A stretch of DNA of 64,000 nucleotides from Raillietiella orientalis (taxonomy: Eukaryota), in assembly GCA_036172245.1 (NCBI GenBank), contig JAYWIR010000023.1, positions 62,001-126,000 of the forward strand, given 5' to 3'. Shown piece after piece: positions 13,001-27,260 of this stretch; the stretch's first letter is position 1; the number at the start of each line of letters is the position of its first letter. Both the position numbers and the translations under genes were made by a program. The notes under the pieces were generated by a model. It saw only the letters and a list, made by a program, of their open reading frames with translations, was not told the origin of the DNA and did no database searches.

Positions 13001-16000
13001 TACGTCATCTGTTCCTTCACTTTTTCCCCAGTGGACAAGAGCAGGGTAGTCCACAGTGTTATCTGTGTTCTGAATCAAGCAAGATGTGTAATGTCACAAT
13101 ACTGAGTTAAGAATGAGTAAATCTTTGGCTGCTGTGCCTGCTAACTTGGGTCAAAGACTTGCATGCTTCATGGACCCTATGCGGCATTCCCTAGTCGAGC
13201 TGAAAGCGGTCTTCCGTGCTACAGAGGCTTATTCCATCGCCTGGGATCAGCTGAGATTCGTTTTCCGAAACCAAAACCTTTCCCGAAACTGCCGTGTGTT
13301 CAGCACGGTAACGGGAAGAAAGGAAATTCTTTACCGAGTTGTTTAGGGAAGCCGTTGTTTGAGTCTGTCTCCGTTCAAATCTTCGAGAGCTTTCCTTCAT
13401 ATTATGGCTTTTCAATTTATAGGGCTTTCCCACGTGCTCAGTATGCACAGTCCAACAAGAAATGTTGCCCAAAGTTGACCATGTGGTCCTCGTAACACAG
13501 TGGAGAGCTTTGATCAGGAAATCATCGAGTAGCAGTGTCATCGATGTTTTGTCGAAATTGTTTGCAATGTGAAAACGAAAAAAAACAAAAAAGGTTAATC
13601 TTAAAAAGGTTAGCCACAAGTCAAGATTTACAGAGACATACATCTGTGATCCTCTAACATTACAAGGCACCAACACTCACTAGAACAGCATCTGCATAAA
13701 GTCAAGAGTAGAAAATAAATCGAGGTAGCAAAAATGATATGAATGTTAAGATGAAACTGATGATATATGGATATGCAAACGGAGTGTAAAAACACGGATA
13801 CCAACTTTTCGAGTTTGCATACAGTTCGCGTGCATTCCATGCCGTTCCAAGAATTCCCAACGAAGCATTTCCAAGAGTGTACAAATTATGTATCGCGCGA
13901 TAGTAGCAGCCAGCGACTTGGCATACTCCTGCGTGGATTGCACTACTATGTATTCTAATCTCTTTAATTTGTAGGAGCCGGGTGGAAGCGCCGTTTTCGA
14001 TAGTGGGCTCACTTTAGGATGAAAATCCAATCACGAAATGAAAACAAGATGAAAAGTCATCCCTGAGCATCCTTTCCCTCACAACAGGAAGCTTCTTAAA
14101 TATTTGCTTGATGGTCGCTCGATTAGTAATTAATAACTTTATTGTTTCGATTCATGATTTTTTTTTTTTTTTTTTTTTTTACATTTCTTCTCACGCGATT
14201 TTGATTTCGGTAAATTCAGACATGGAATGCGATTACTCTTTTTTTTTTCTCCATTCTTTCTAGTGTGCGGTAATAATTCAGTACTTCATTTAATGCTTTC
14301 TACTCGAGACCTAAATGTGAAGAATAATCACGATGTCAATGCTAGCTGAAGAGATGGGCTTAGAGAACGCTTTCACCCATTCTCACTCCAAGAATATGGG
14401 ATGTATTGTAACAGGACATTATAATACTTCCACTTTCATTACCGTGTGTCCGTGTTACCCACAGCTGATGCCTTGGACAGTGAAAACAATCCACGGATAC
14501 CACGGATATCCATGGATGTGGAGTGAAGTGAAAATGGCGCGTTCGCAATGCTGCATCCGGCAGCTGAAGAGCTTTGAAACCAAACCGTTCCCATCATACC
14601 GAGCGTTTCAGCTTCTGGCCAGACAAAAAGTTTTCATGCAACACAAACTCCAAACCTCCATTAGTTGTGCATGTACGGATTTTGGGATGCTGGGAGTTTC
14701 GTCTCTTCCGTCGGCACTACAGATCTCAATTTATTGTCGCGTTGTGCACAGATTTATCAGTGAAAGAGCAGGTGACCTCCCCAGAATGACCCCCAGAGTG
14801 ACCTAACACACGTAAGGTTGGCACGGTCCATTATGAAAAATGGGCATGTCGTCAGTTTCCTCAAAGTCCAGTCTTGAAATACTATCGCATTTTCGAGGTC
14901 ATGAGAAAAGGAAGAAAAAAAGGGAATAGCCTAACTAGTCTGCTTACTATTGCTGCACTAGCGTGGCATCCATTTTTCTGGAGTCGGAGCCCACTATGAC
15001 ACATCGTTGTTACAAGATTGATGGGATTTCGACTACACAGAATGTTATCAGTCACGCCTTTGGTGTTTTTTTTTTTTTTTTTTAAATAAACAGCATGCAG
15101 CAAGAGCATCTTCATCTTCAGTTCGTCCTCGGAATTCGCTTTTGCAGTCTGCCAGGCAGTGGTCCATCACAATTTCTTTCGCAAATTATAAGTGTATTGA
15201 AAATCACAAACAATTACCAACTGAGATAAACGAAGGCTTTTCTTTCTTTTTCTTTAAAAAAAAAGATACATTGCATGATGTTTACTGATGTTTTTTGGTA
15301 AATTATGGATCACACACTTTACACTGAATGTAATGGGTAAGCGAGCGGTTCTTCTCCGCCGTATATCAGTCTTCAATCTCATGCCAGCTAAATTTTATTT
15401 GCCGTCCTGAGATACAGGTGAGACAGAGCCGAGGTGGTTTCCTGTTTGGTGCTCCTGGAAACACTGTTTCATGGCATCACGGGAAGAGGAAGCCGCCCTT
15501 CAAATGATTAGGGGGTCGTAGGATTTCTATTGTAATGGGGTGATCGCACAAGCACCGACATATGTTGTGACATCATGATGAAATCTTATGTATCGAGCGG
15601 ATTTTGCCTAACTTTGAGATTTGTATCATGTGAACCTGCAATGATTACAGTGATGTCCGTTTTTGCTTTCTTTTTTTTAGATGCGACTCCAATCACGTCT
15701 CCGCCAGCAGCCATAAGTAAGTGCTTGCCAGCCACTGAAAAATGTGCTTGAAAAGAACTTCGTCACGTGAAGTTCACATGAAGTAATCCTTTTCGTTCTT
15801 TTCGTCTTAGATGAATCTGTATCTGGTCGTTTCTCATCTCTCCTCTCGAAAGAACAGCGTAGATTTCAAACTGTTGAACTTCCGCTTTCCAAGATTTTTT
15901 CCCCTTCTTTCAACGACCCGGATCTTCTTTGGTTAATTTCGTTGTCGCCGCGCGGTCTCACCCTTTTTAACTTCTTGTTCACTTTTCAAAAAAAGAAAAA

Positions 16001-17090
16001 AAAAAAAAAAAAGGCAGCGTCCGAAGATATGGCGGCAAGCCCACGAAGTCGCGGCTCACTCAGCTGCTCCCAGATTTTTTCTGAAGCCACTGAGCCTCCG
16101 TACCTATCCTTGTTAACGAGGAAGTCCGACCCTCCTTGCGTTTCACCCATGAGACTTCAAGACCGCAAAGGAGTCGCTGCAATGCTGGCACCGCCGGACT
16201 CCTGCCGTCTAGACAAATCTTCGCCCTCTTCTCTCCTCTTCTGAAATGATCTCGCAAAAGTTTTGTTGGTTTTCGAAAATGCTAATGATCAATCTTCGCA
16301 AATGTTGACTGTTTCATGTTCTCCCTCAAGACAAGACACAAGCTCAGATTGCAGTGTACGGAGTGTTGTCCACGCTACTCATTGCTATTGCTTTGATTCT
16401 CCTTCTGGCGTTTATTTTCAGGTACATCGTGATTTGTGTTATGCTTGCTTAATCGTTAACTCTGCGTCGATGACCCCACCTGCGTGTTTGCAGTTTCTTT
16501 ATGTTGTCGGGTGCGCACTGCTCTTCGCAGTTTGCCAAAAAGCCTTCCGCCTCACGTTCGTGCCAATTAAATGTATCTGTGGAACGCTGCCGAACCCCCA
16601 AATGACCACAGGCGGCATTTGAACGATTTCTTGTTGTTGTTCTTGTTGTCGCCAGTCTTCAATCTTGTCGCTGAAGTCATTAGTTCATCCGTGCGACCTT
16701 CGCGACGATCCGGATCTCCTGACAGTGTCCACCGGTTCTCCTTCCCCTTTTCGTTTCAGGACTCTTCGTAAAAGAAGTGGCAATCCATCCGAGAGTTCTG
16801 TGCATCGAGTGATAGCCGCGGAAGACCCTGGTGTATTCATTCCGCCATTGGCCGATCCTGTTCCCCAAGGAAGTCATGTAAGCGAGTCAGCGCGGGTGTG
16901 TTCACATTCCTCTGTCTTCGGTTTCCCTCCCATCACTGAGCTCCTTGATGACGGAGCGAATGCTGTGGCAGCATATACATCCTCTGTCACACGTTCAGTT
17001 CCTCTGATTTCTTTCTTCTTGCACCGCCAAAGTGGAAATCGGATAAAAAAACAGAAACAAAAACAAAAACCACACCCTCACCCACCCACC

Positions 17091-17094
<4 letters not shown>

Positions 17095-17135
<41 letters not shown>
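17095..17135. repeat. (CA)n microsatellite
   Basis: Uninterrupted CA run of about 20 units. Confidence 0.95.
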
Positions 17136-17138
<3 letters not shown>

Positions 17139-19553
17139 AAAAACAGTCGGCAAAGGAACTTGAATGCTCCATGATGTCTCTTTTTCTCTCTTGGCCTCTA
17201 GGAAAACCCCTTTCTCAGGAGGATCGACGTGAATATCGGTGATCACTATCGACAAACACGACAATATCTTCGTGGGCGCACACGAAACGTCAGAAGTGAG
17301 AAAGTCGAAGGAACGTTTCCGTTCTACCGTCTATAGAATTTGCCTGTCTGTGTGCCGCGCTCGAAATCGAGAGAGGAGATTCCTGGGAAGGCTATTGTCT
17401 GCAGCGATACCTCTGAGCAGCATTCTTCTTCGATTCAGTGGATCGGCCTCTTGCTGACGTAGAAGAAGTCCAAAGAGTTTGCAGCTGCTCGTTCCGCTGA
17501 ACCTCGGTTGCCACTCTATTGGTCGGAAATTTGTTGCAGTGGACGTCGTTCGCATAAGTGGCCACAGAATCTGAAATGGGCTCCCCAAAGGAAGCAAGTG
17601 ATCACCTGGTCACGCTTTCGTGGCTTTCCTTCTGCTCGAGCAAGAAAGCATTCAAGTTCCATCGGGAAAGCGGGCGCTCTTCGCCAGGACGCGTGTGCTG
17701 TCTGTGATCTGGGCGAGACCAACGTCGAAATCGGCTCGGAGCACTCGGGGGATAAGTTTCGGGAGCCGCCGCTAGAGGCCCGGAAGCCGCACGATTTTCG
17801 AGACGGAAACGAGCGGCATCGATTCTCCTGACGGGGGAACATGGATCGCGGGCATGTTCCTCACTGTTCTGCTTCAGGTCTTCCCATCTTCAGGAACTCG
17901 AAACGAGAAGCACTCTGCAGGAAAAAAAAGCATTCTTCATGGAATGCGGCGCTCATGAAAGCATCGTTTGCCACAGTCGCGAACAAGCCGAACACTTCAT
18001 GCCCATTTTCAAAAATGTTTCCTTGGATTTTCAAAGTTGACTTTGTCTAAGCAAGACGAAGGAATATTCCGCTCGACAATCCCGGAGGCAGATACAGTTG
18101 ACAGTTCCTCTCTCTTTTTTCTTCATTCTTCGGATATCTTTAAAAGATGCATGCTTCCTGTTATTTATTTGATCATACGGACGTTCTGGGAAGGAACGAG
18201 AAAGAGACAATGAACATTTCCATGGCGAAAATTCATTGCGGATATCTCATAAGAGCTTTCCGATCATGAGCAGGTTCAATACTCGAGGAAGATGTCATTC
18301 ATTTTCATCCGTCAGTCTGGGATAATATTTATCTGGCACGGAAGCCGCATGAAAATGCATGCAAAAGTAAATCACCGTACTGCAATGGCGAGATTTCGAT
18401 CGGCACCACGTTTGGGTCTGCCCTTCACGCGAAGCACCTCCGCGTTATGAAACCACTTTGTTTTGGGGAAAAATGTTCCGAGTGTTTGCGCATGGTAACC
18501 CTGAGGTCTGTGAACGTCCTATGAAGGAAGCTTTAGGATGCAGGGGTCTTCACACAGGTCCGTGAAATGTGCGCCTGAAACTGGGAGGGACATCATTCGT
18601 GCACGCGGAGAGAGAGCGCAGTCTCTGTTGCTGCACGGAGCCCGTTCCCGTAGGATGGCCGATCTGGAGAAACTGCAGAGCCTCCGTTGGGACCATCCTG
18701 AACGGGGCACAATGGATCCCTGCCTTCCGGTTGTTTAGGCCGCGGGGGAAGTCCCTTCTCCCGGGGAGCATGCGAAAGCAGCAATCGCGCCTTGGGGCTC
18801 CCTTGAGAGCGTCCCCTCCCTTCATTGTCTGCGGTTCCTGTGGATCTCGAAATTCAACATCTCACGATTTTCTGTGGCTGCAGCAACACCAGTGCTCTAG
18901 CAGCAAGGGTCACACGGAAAGGTGTCAGACGAGAGGTGATAAATAGGCTTCCGAAATGCATAACGATTGCCACGTGACATTAATGGGGTCATATGTCTCT
19001 TTCTGCATGCCAGAAGGATTGTTGAGCTGCGAAAGTGTTGTGCTCCTGGGTTACTGCTGACAAGTGTTCGCGGGAACGAAAATTTCTGACCCCGCTGAAT
19101 CGGAAGAAGAAAGAATCCCGTCATTAAAAATGGTGCAGGAATGGAAGAGACATTGTAGACATAAGTTACTCATGCTATACAGATCAGACGCTGGTATAGC
19201 TCAAAGGGCCCATAATGAATGTTCGGATCGAGGAGTCGGTACGGAGGCGAACGTTGCTTGTGGCAACATCCAAAAACATGCGTCGAACGAGAAGAAACGA
19301 AAACTGGAGTCCTCTCGAAACTGCCGTTCAGAGAAGATCGTCGTCCAGGCAGCAGAAGAACGACTTTCGGAACAGACAAACACGCACAAAAGATGGGTCA
19401 TACTCACTGGGGGAGGGAAAGGAAGATGCTTTTCCCTTTCTCGGATGCTATATGAAAAGCAGATGGGAGGGAAGAAGAACTCGCTTTGTACGGAAGCGAA
19501 TCCGATCTCGAGAAAACTGCTGTCACGGCGACGGGGGAGATCCGACGACGCAT

Positions 19554-19574
19554 TGGGGGGGGGGGGGGGGGGGG
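19554..19574. repeat. Poly-G tract (about 21 G), G-quadruplex-capable
   Basis: Homopolymer seen directly. Confidence 0.85.
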
Positions 19575-22500
19575 CGGAGGTCTTCCGAAGGGAAAGGGAG
19601 TTCCGGAACGCGTCGCGAACGCGTCTGAAGTTCCCGAAGTGAGTACGGGCATCCCGTCTAGAAATTCAGATGCCGCGGGAGCAGGCTGCTCGAGGAGATG
19701 CCGTTCCCGACCGTCACACTTTCGCTGCCTACGCATCCCGCCGCAGCTGCGGGCCAGGCTGAGTCCAAAGGCTAAAAATGAAGTGCACGAGGAACCAGCA
19801 CGCTCCCGACTATCAGCTAACACGAAAATAGCCCGGATGGGAGCGACATCTTTGCGGGAGTTTTGTCAATGGAACGGCCTAAGAGTTGGATGCTTGCCAT
19901 GGGCTTTGGGCGTAGCTGAGCGTAGCATCCGCTCACGCTGCGGGAGCAGCGCACGGAGATCTCGCTCTTGGAGTGGTCCGTCTTGACGAGTGGGACCGCT
20001 GTGAAGGCTGGCAGGAAGATCAATCTATTAATAGACTTTCCCGAGCGTGCGCGTCGCGCGGCACGAAGAGCGCGTCCTGAGAAGACGAAGACGTTGCTCT
20101 CCGCTTGCTGGTCTCCGCGGGGATGAGTTCGGAACGCCTCCGTTCGAGGAGGGCTGCGCGGGAGGACGAGGCTACTGCTGCTGCTGCTGCTCCACGAAAG
20201 GGCACGGCAGGCCTTCTCCAGTTTCCGGAAGCCACTCGTCCTTCACGTCCTGAGCCGGCGTCCGGTCCGAGTCGGCAGCACGCTCCGAGTGCACTTTTTG
20301 CGTGGAAGAGCAGATCCTCCGGGAATCCTGAGGGGGGCCCACGCGGGATGCGACGGGGGTTCCTTTCTGTTCTTGGCCTTCCTCGGTCTCCACCCGAACG
20401 CACCTTGGTCGCGAAGAACTTCTTTGGCAGCTCAGTCGTCTTGACGCCTCGTCTCCTCGAGCCTACCGTCTTCACCTCCAACTTCTTGATTCCTTCCTCA
20501 CCCACAATTCATTTCCTCCACCCCCATTGTTGTTGTCCGCATAGCGACCATCCATTGCCCCATACCCACCCACACAGCAACGCATCCGCAGATTCTGTAG
20601 GATTGATAAGCAGCTTGGGTACCGTCCCGCCCCATTATTCTTCCTAGAAGAGTCAGTGGTCAAAGAGCCGTTCTCCTCGCCCGTCTTCCTTCCCCCCGCC
20701 CCACTCGCTCTGCAAGGAAACTCCTGCCTCTCGAGCATCCTCAGATACCAGTGCGCATTTGGACCGCAGCGCCTCTTTCACCGCATCCCCGATGGAACGT
20801 CCCACAAAGCGCCGTGACCCTCTTCGTCCTGCCACCTCCCGGCGTGGCAAACGGATGAGAGCTCTCCCACGCGCTCTGAGCTTCTCCTCTCACTTCGGCA
20901 TTGCCCCCCCCCCCTCTCCCCCCTTCCTTGCTGGGTCCTCGCCGGCAATGGAGGCACGCACGTCCCCTTCCCCCTCCTTCCCCCTTCCAAGTCCCGAGGG
21001 TGGGCCGCTTCCGGCAAGCCTCGGGGGAGCACGCGAGAGCCTGTCTGCTGCGAGCACGCCGTCGGCTGCGGCTGAACGTCCAAGGGGACCACGGCTCGGG
21101 GAGGTCAAAGCCAGGAGCCTGTAAAGAAGGAAGGCAGGAAGGTGGGGGAGCGAAGCGCACCTGCGTAATAAAGGGGCCCAGAGCCCCTCCCTTCTCCTTG
21201 CAGCACGAGGCGGTGCTCACCTTCCCTTCCCGCGGTTCCCGGAATCTTCTATGGCGTGTTCCTTCGCGCGCTGTGAGTCCGGGCACAGCGAGGCTCCGCA
21301 CCGGAGCGCGCGCGTCGCCCCGCGGCGCGCGGCATGGACTCGCCCGCTTTCACTTCCGCTTTCTCTGTGGCTGGTGTCGGCGCGTCGCGCTGCCCGACAG
21401 CATCACCCAGGCTTCCCTCCCCCCCCTTTTCACCCCGCGTGACCGCCGCGCGACTCTCGCAGTCGATGACTGCCAGGGCGCGCCTCGGAACGAACGGACG
21501 ACGGGAACTGGGAAGGAGTGCGGCTTCGGGGCGAAGGGGCGAGAGCGAAGGGCGGGGTTGTACCCTTCCGGGGGCGCCAGGGCTTTGCCTGGTCCTCCGC
21601 TTCGTGGCGCGCGCGTTAGGCGCCGCTTCCAACGGCGCCTGTCGCCACCCTCGTCAACCTTACCGGATCCCTGACGACGCCCACTCGTCCCCCGAGGCAT
21701 CGGTGGGCAGGAGGACCGAGCCGCCCCGCGCGAGCTGCTCTGCTCCACTTCCGAACTAGATGTCAAGGGAAAAAAAACGGTTCCCCTCTTCCGTATACAC
21801 GTGTCCTCGCCCTCTCCCCTTCCCTTGCAAGACCGGCCCGTGGTCCTCGCGCGCATCTCCTGCCCGCACTTTGCGCGTTTCCATGGCGACCGCGTTTCCG
21901 TATCGTCCTCGTCCCATTCGCGACGCATCGCTCGCTTTCTGGTTCCCTTCACGATCCCGGTTTTTCCCAGGGAACCTCTCCTTGCAGTCGACGAGGATGG
22001 GAGCGGGCAGGAGTCATCGTCGCTGCATCCGCGAGATTTTCCTTCGGGACGACCATCCCTCACCCCCGTTTCGCACGTAGATCACACCCTTGACCAGCTG
22101 GAAAGCCACTGTTTCACCTGCGACCTCCAGCGCCCGCGAGGTCGGTTTGCTTGCTCAAGGGCATGCATGCCACTGGTTGGAGCAACTCCCTTCCACCTCA
22201 GTCGCCCCGATGACACCGTCCTTGCACGAAGGGCGAGGCGTCTCCTCACTCTTTCTTCACGTCCGAAGACGTCGCAATGACCTACCGGTGAGGTGCACTC
22301 CTGTGCAGGAGTCGCCGCAACGACCCTTCCTGAGGAAAGTCCGGAGGGAGGGGGGACTCCTTCGAGGAAGACCCGAAGCGCGTTGCAGATGCACGGAGAG
22401 GGACAGCAGCGTCCGCTGCCGTTTCCCTCGCGTGCCACTGCAGATGGCCTTGCCTACGGCCACGCTGCGCCGGGTGCGCCCGTCCAGGCGGGACTTGACG

Positions 22501-25500
22501 AAGACGGTCGCTGCTGGAGGTCTCTGTAGAAGCCGCCTGGGGGTTCCTGCCGCTCGTCCGGGAGCGCGGGTTCCCTGTCCCCGTCGGGAGCCTCCTCCCG
22601 TCGCTCGGCAAGGTGCGCGACCAGTGAAGAGGTCATCCAAGGAACGAGAACGGAAGACGAGTGAGCACACGAGCACTTCCCCCCTCTGGGTCTCTTCTTG
22701 CGGTGGCGCTCCCTCCCTCCCTCCCCTCCAGCTGGAAGTCTCCACCCCGCGTGCGCGCGCACCCGTCCGTGCGTGTGTGCGATGGGGAGGAGGAAGGACG
22801 CGCTGAGCCTGCCGAAGGCGCTTAGCGCGCCTCACGAGGAAGGCACCGGTCGCCGGGGTCCCGACGTTTAAGGGGTCGGAGCCGTCGCCGTCCAGAGCCA
22901 TCGCACCGAACTCCTTTGCCCCAGGCATCTCATAAGCACAGGTGTTGCCGTCACAAGGGTGCCGTCTCGAGTTAGGCAGCTGGCAATGGTGGTCCGGGTC
23001 ACCCACGTGGAGAGCTCCCGTAGGGGGATGTGGGGGGACTAGGAAGGAAGGATTCATCCTCCCAGAGCACACGTTCAGAACGAGCGTTTCTGCGGTCCAT
23101 CGACAGGACAATACGGGACGGGAGAAGGGGGAAGCGCATGTCGGAATCCTTCTTGAAACGGCCGTGCCTTTGTTGCGGACTCCCGCGTTGCAACTGACCT
23201 CAGGAGAATCGGCTGACTCCGAAAAGAGGGAGGGGAGCTAGCTAGCCAGTCTTTAGTGGATTCTTCTTCTTCCGCGGCAGTCACGGAGGCGTCCTTCCCG
23301 GTATCCCTGGCTTCTCCACATGACGTTCCTCTGAGAGTCAGCTGCGCGAGGAGGAATGCAGACCAAGGGCAGGAGAAGACCCACCTCCATGTGGAGGGAT
23401 CCTCGCTCCTTTATTGCCCGCCCTCTCATGTTGCTTAAGAACTTCCTCCGCCACAAGCTGCTGCACCGCGCCTTCGCGATCGTTAGCCCGCCGCAACACC
23501 GTCGGCCTGACGACAAGGATCGCGCGGCCTCCGTCGGCAGAAATATGGGAAAGGGGATGCTTTGGAGTAGGGAGACGAAATTAAGGGCGGGAAGAAGGCA
23601 CCCCTCGAGCTGGAAAGGAGAGGGGCGATTGTCTGTAGGCGCCGCCAGATCGTTTCCCTGTTGTCGTGACAGTCATTCCAGGAGCACACGCGGAAGCCTC
23701 TGGAGAGGTTGTGGAAGGGATAAGGGTGGTCGATGATGAACACCACACAATGGGGAAAAAAACATTTATCCAACTTTGGGATGCATTTCAGGTCTTCCTC
23801 AAACCTAAGAGGAACCACTGGCGCGTGCTGGTGCGGCGCGTTGTACGAGCAATGAACAAGGAGGGGTCGCACCAACGTTCTTCCCTGGACAACGCTCCGG
23901 CTCTGAGGACGGTCTACGTGTACTGAGGCCACGCCCGCCTGAACTTCCCCCACTACCAGGAAAAAAAATATACACGCCTTCCCTACATTCGCGTTCAGTG
24001 TGCTCGGGGCGGGAGCAGGACGCGGGACGGACACCAGGCAGACGGAGTCTGCGAAGGGAAGGAACGTTTCAGATCTCCAAGAACTGCTGCCGGGAAGGGA
24101 AGGGAGGGAGAGGAGGTTGCGCTTCTTGAACATGGGGGAGGGAAGAAAGCACCCAAAGGATTCCCGGCACCGGGAAGCTTCCGGAAGAAGCAGCACTCTG
24201 GAGGACGCTGGCCACAAGAAGCGGGGAGAGGATGCGGAAAGAGCAGTCACGTTTCTCCATCCCGCAAAAAACCATCCGGCAGCTGCACCTTCCCTCTGTT
24301 CTGCCTCCCGCCGCTCAGCCTCTAGGCAAGAAGGGGGGCGGATTTTTCTTGGGTCAACGTGCGTCTTGTTCCCGGATTGCAGGTGCCCTTCGCCGCACCA
24401 CCGAGAGCACGCTCGGGCGTTCAGTGCTGCTGGACGTGGCGAGCTCAGTAGCAAAACTGGGAGCCTGCGATTCGAGGAGAGATCGTTAAGTGGTACACAT
24501 CTGACTGTTGAATAGATAGAGACTCGTTGAGATTTACGTGGCAGATTTACGAGCCACCGAGCTTCCTTCCATCAATTTCAGACGCTTCTTGCTTCCTCTT
24601 ACTCTGGGCACTCGGCCCACTGTGACAGAAACCCCTCTTGGCAGTAGAGCCATCCGTTCAGATAAGGGGATTTCAGGAGCTGGCAGGATAGGCCCTTTTG
24701 CACCGAAGGCTCCCAGTGCCTATCCAAAACCGTCCAGCTCGAAATGCACAGCAGCGGCAACGAAGAGATCAGCCGAAAGAACGAGGACGCGAGGAGCAGA
24801 AACTGCGACTTCCAGTGCCTATTTTTGGACGGGCGCGGTCATTGTTTCCATTGCATTGTTTCTCTGCAACAATGCAATGGAAACAATCTGATCGCGATTG
24901 CAATGAATTTCGGGAACGCGAACCACTCTGCCGGATTCGATCACGGCAACCGTCGCCAGGCACCGGCTATAAAAATAACCACGAAAACTGAAAGTCCTGG
25001 CCGCAGGCTCTGCGCCGGCTTTGGGTCAGTTCCGTTCCACTGCTGGAAGCGTTCCCTGCAGCCTCGGTGCCCCCCACGTTTCGCTCACTGCTGCTTCCCC
25101 CCCCCCCTCCTCCCCTCTTGCGAGAGCCTATCCAGCAGATTCGTCGCTCTCCTGGCGATTCCTCACAAGTGCGCGCACACCTACGAGGGAACGGCGACTT
25201 ATTTATGAATCCTGTTTACGCGGGCAGCAGCGATGTTTGCTGTTCGTTTTGTTCGCTCACTTCGGTCTACCAAATTTTATCGTTTCCCGATTTTGTTTCA
25301 GTTTTTCGCCTTCTCGTATTCAAATGATTTCGTTGAGGCTGTTTATAAGCCGCGGCTCTCGTTTTTCTTTCATTCCATCCTTTTTCGATTCCAGCAAGTG
25401 ATCGCACGCTCTCCTCATGACAAAGGCCGTTGTTTCCGCTTCCTGAGATCCTGGAGATCCTGCTTCAGAGGCGTTAAAAGTCTTTGATGTTCGCTTCCCT

Positions 25501-26629
25501 TGAACGCGATGGCTGCTCGAAACACGGAGCACACACACCACGAGAATGCAGGAAACATAGATTCCTTGGAATCGAGCTCTCCCTAGAAGTCTATGTAGTC
25601 AGTCCATGTCGACCCACTTCTTGGCTAGGCTCAGAGTGAGCTTAGAGCATCAGGACAAGTCGGACCCTCCCATTCTGACAAAGGAATGAGGTGGAGCTGA
25701 AGTTGCTCCTACAGCTCTTCGAGGTGTTGCTTTCTTTTCCCTGCCTGGTCTTCGAAATTTCAGGCATTTGCTGTCTCTTTTCACTCTTGAGATTCCTGTC
25801 GGACTCTTTTCCTCCTGGAATGTGGCACGGCTCAGCAGCAACACAAATACACAGCCACAGTGGTGTTCGCTCGCTCGAACCTCCTTCAATCCTGGAGCTC
25901 GCGAGGTCGGTGCTCCCGTCGGCAGAGACGAAAGCCTCGTGCAAGCATTCCTTGCGACTCCTCATGTTTCCGGGACACTGCTGCATCCTCCGGCTCCATC
26001 GGCAATCAATGTGCAGCACACGTTGCGTTTTGTCCTTCGTGATGCTAGTCAAGTTCCCTTGCTCTTGGATTTCCAGAACTCGCACAATCCTCTGAGAGAC
26101 TATAGGGTGTTCGATGGAGATGAAGCAAGTTTGGATCGATCGGACGAGACTATGCTTCCTGAGAGACACGCCCATCCGCAGCTTCCCCGTCGCGTTCTCC
26201 GTGGGACTTCGCAGTCACTTACCTCCCTCGAAAGACAGAAGAAATCTGGAAGCCCCAGAGGGGTTTGCAGCCTCACGGCGCCATTTTGTTGGAGCACCTT
26301 GGACGGAACTGCAACACTTGCTTCTGCAGAATCTCCGAAGTTCACTTCCTTCGCTCTTCTCTAAGGTGTCGACGGCGGCGGCAGCAGCTCTCCCTTCCGG
26401 TTTTCTTCCCCGCCGTCCTCTAGGCTCTTCCGCTGCCTAAGGAACGTTACTTTTCCTCTTCCACAGATTTCAGGGACCGTTTCGTAGGACGCTTCGAGGG
26501 CAAGCTCGAAGCGTCGTGCTCCCCGTGGCGTGAGTTTTGAAGCGCCACGATGGTGCCATGTGCCAGAGCTTGCCGTCGTGACCTGCGGGCCGGGGACTTT
26601 GCTGACAACCATTTGGAAACCATCCGAGC

Positions 26630-27260
26630 CACGTATGTAAGGTGTGCACACACGCACGCACGCACCTGTATGGGCATACATGCGTGTCCTGGTACGCGTA
26701 TGTGCACCGTGTAGTATGTTCGCTTATGTGCAGCTTCGTAAGTATGCGTGGACCTGAACATCAACCGTACAAACGTATGAATGTTCATGTATATATATAT
26801 CTATATGCATTTGAACAGAAACCTATCATCGTACTTGCAAACATGTACACAGGCACATAGTTGTGTATCGATCCACAAATATGTGTACATCTGTTTGCAT
26901 GTACATATATATATATGTGGATTAATACGATATATGCATGCACATATATATACATTTTGTATATCGTATGCTTGCGTAGCGTATGTTCGTACATACACAC
27001 ATGCATGCATATGTGTGTGCACAGATAGATATGAATAGCTATAGATAGATAGATAGATGGATGATAGATAGATAATAGATAGATGATAGATAGATAGATA
27101 GATATGGGTATAGATATAGATAGATAATAGATAGATACAGATATAGAGAGATAGATATGAATATAGATATGGATAGATAGATATCCATTACACGTACATA
27201 TACATGCATGTGTATATGTGTGTGTATTACCAATACATAGGGAGCTCATACAGATACATG
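26630..27260. repeat. Low-complexity block: degenerate alternating purine-pyrimidine (TA/CA/TG) repeats around a (GATA)n-type microsatellite at about 27025-27185
   Basis: Visible tatatg/catgca/cacaca runs and gatagatagata arrays. Confidence 0.9.

Noticed and set aside
15681..16877. Isolated exon-like segments with good splice signals (15681-15716, 16760-16877)
   Set aside because: They cannot be joined into a supported reading frame. They may belong to a non-coding transcript, but sequence alone is insufficient.
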